Shown: piece after piece, positions 63,091 through 64,000 of the stretch | Numbering within the stretch: the stretch's first letter is position 1 | How the letters are laid out: every line of letters starts with the position of its first letter | DNA from: Gemmatimonadales bacterium | Lineage (GTDB): Bacteria; Gemmatimonadota; Gemmatimonadetes; Gemmatimonadales; GWC2-71-9 | DNA: 64,000 nucleotides | Assembly (NCBI GenBank): GCA_038321865.1 | Contig: JBBQFH010000002.1 | Location: 32,001 to 96,000, forward strand | Reading direction: 5' to 3' | Notes under the pieces: generated by a model | What the model was told of the DNA's origin: nothing | Seen by the model: only the letters and a program-made list of their open reading frames with translations | The model's database searches: none | Made by a program: the position numbers and the translations under genes

Positions 63091-64000
63091 GCCCAGGCCA
63101 TCAGCGCTTCCGCAGCCACGCGGCTCTTGGCCTGGCCGCGGCCGCGATCACGGCATGCGCCAAGATCGAGCTCCCGCCCGGCGCTCCCCCCGACCTGACT
63201 CCGCCGCAACTGGTGTCGGTGTTTCCGGACTCGCTGGCCGTGCTCCCGGGATTCAACGGTGAGGTGGTGTTCCGGTTCAATGAGGTGATCTCCGAAGGCA
63301 GCTCGCCCAGCCAGGGCACCGGCACCGGCGATCTCGAACGGCTGGTCCTGCTGTCACCCACCACCCGGCCGGCCGAGGTGCGCTGGCGACGCGATCGCAT
63401 CACAGTCCGGCCCCGCGAGGGCTGGAAGCCCAACCGGGTGTACCGCGTGGAGCTGCTCCCGGGTGCGAGTGACTTGCGCAACAACCGATCGACCGGGGGA
63501 AGCAGGATCGTCACCTTCACCACCGGCTCGCCCCGCCCGAGTCTGACACTCATCGGTGCCGCGTGGGACTGGCTCACCGGGCGGGCCTCGCCGGCGGCAC
63601 TCATCGAGGCGGTGCATACATCCGACAGCCTGGTCTACCGCGCGCTGGCCGATTCGTCGGGGGGATTCCAGCTCGGGCCGCTGCCGGACGGTCCCTACCT
63701 GGTCTACGCCGCGATGGACCAGAACCGGAACGGCGTGCGCGATCCCCGCGAGGCGTTCGACACTGTGCGCGTCGCCGCTGGTCGTGCGAACGTCGGCACG
63801 CTGTGGATGTTTCCCCATGACACGATCGGTCCGCGCATTCAGTCGATCACCATGCTCGACAGCGCGTCCGCCACCATCACCTTCTCGCAGGCAATCGACC
63901 CCACGCGCGTGATCGGCCGGACCGGCGTCAGCGTACGCCTGCTGCCGGACTCGACGCCGGTTGCGGTGCTCTCGATCCTCTCGCCCGCCGCTGACGACAG
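63084..64000 (+). CDS. Ig-like (Big_5-type) domain lipoprotein, runs off the window
   Basis: Manual translation: lipobox ITAC followed by AKIELPPGAPPDLTPPQLVSVFPDS...FNEVI; later D.NRNG..DP.E.FD. Confidence 0.75.
   Translation, partial: MLSPGHQRFRSHAALGLAAAAITACAKIELPPGAPPDLTPPQLVSVFPDSLAVLPGFNGEVVFRFNEVISEGSSPSQGTGTGDLERLVLLSPTTRPAEVRWRRDRITVRPREGWKPNRVYRVELLPGASDLRNNRSTGGSRIVTFTTGSPRPSLTLIGAAWDWLTGRASPAALIEAVHTSDSLVYRALADSSGGFQLGPLPDGPYLVYAAMDQNRNGVRDPREAFDTVRVAAGRANVGTLWMFPHDTIGPRIQSITMLDSASATITFSQAIDPTRVIGRTGVSVRLLPDSTPVAVLSILSPAADD

Overview
High-GC (roughly 70%) bacterial chromosome segment; gene content and order suggest Gemmatimonadota (inference, not verified). Most genes lie on the minus strand. 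From 38.5 kb down to base 1 there is an almost continuous co-directional run: tilS-hpt-ftsH-folP-DUF2723-yggS-ileS-dksA-like-lspA-rluD, then an ~18 kb signalling cluster, tRNA-Val, a TPR protein, tRNA-Asp and the start of the dcw cluster (rsmH-ftsL-ftsI-murE-murF). The signalling cluster is the main highlight. It is a receptor-less chemosensory set (CheW x3, CheY, CheA, CheC, CheR, CheD, CheB) split in two by a module encoding the small GTPase MglA, three different Roadblock/MglB-type proteins, TPR scaffolds, two DUF4388 proteins with tandem MshEN-like (c-di-GMP-binding) motifs, and a protein with two tandem DnaA-type AAA+ domains but no DNA-binding domain IV. The second highlight is a ~3.3 kb element integrated in tRNA-Met (46-bp direct repeats). 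Its tyrosine integrase ORF reads through the att core, so excision would swap the C-terminus from ...SAVL to ...PPPVDAA, an ssrA-like end. The element also contains a relic tRNA-Val att site and arm-type repeats. The right part is housekeeping (ftsB, eno, thiL, nnr, glyA, rpiB, Leu dehydrogenase, hbd, thiolase, thrS, valS). Start codons were re-picked by eye. All family assignments come from motif recognition, not database searches.
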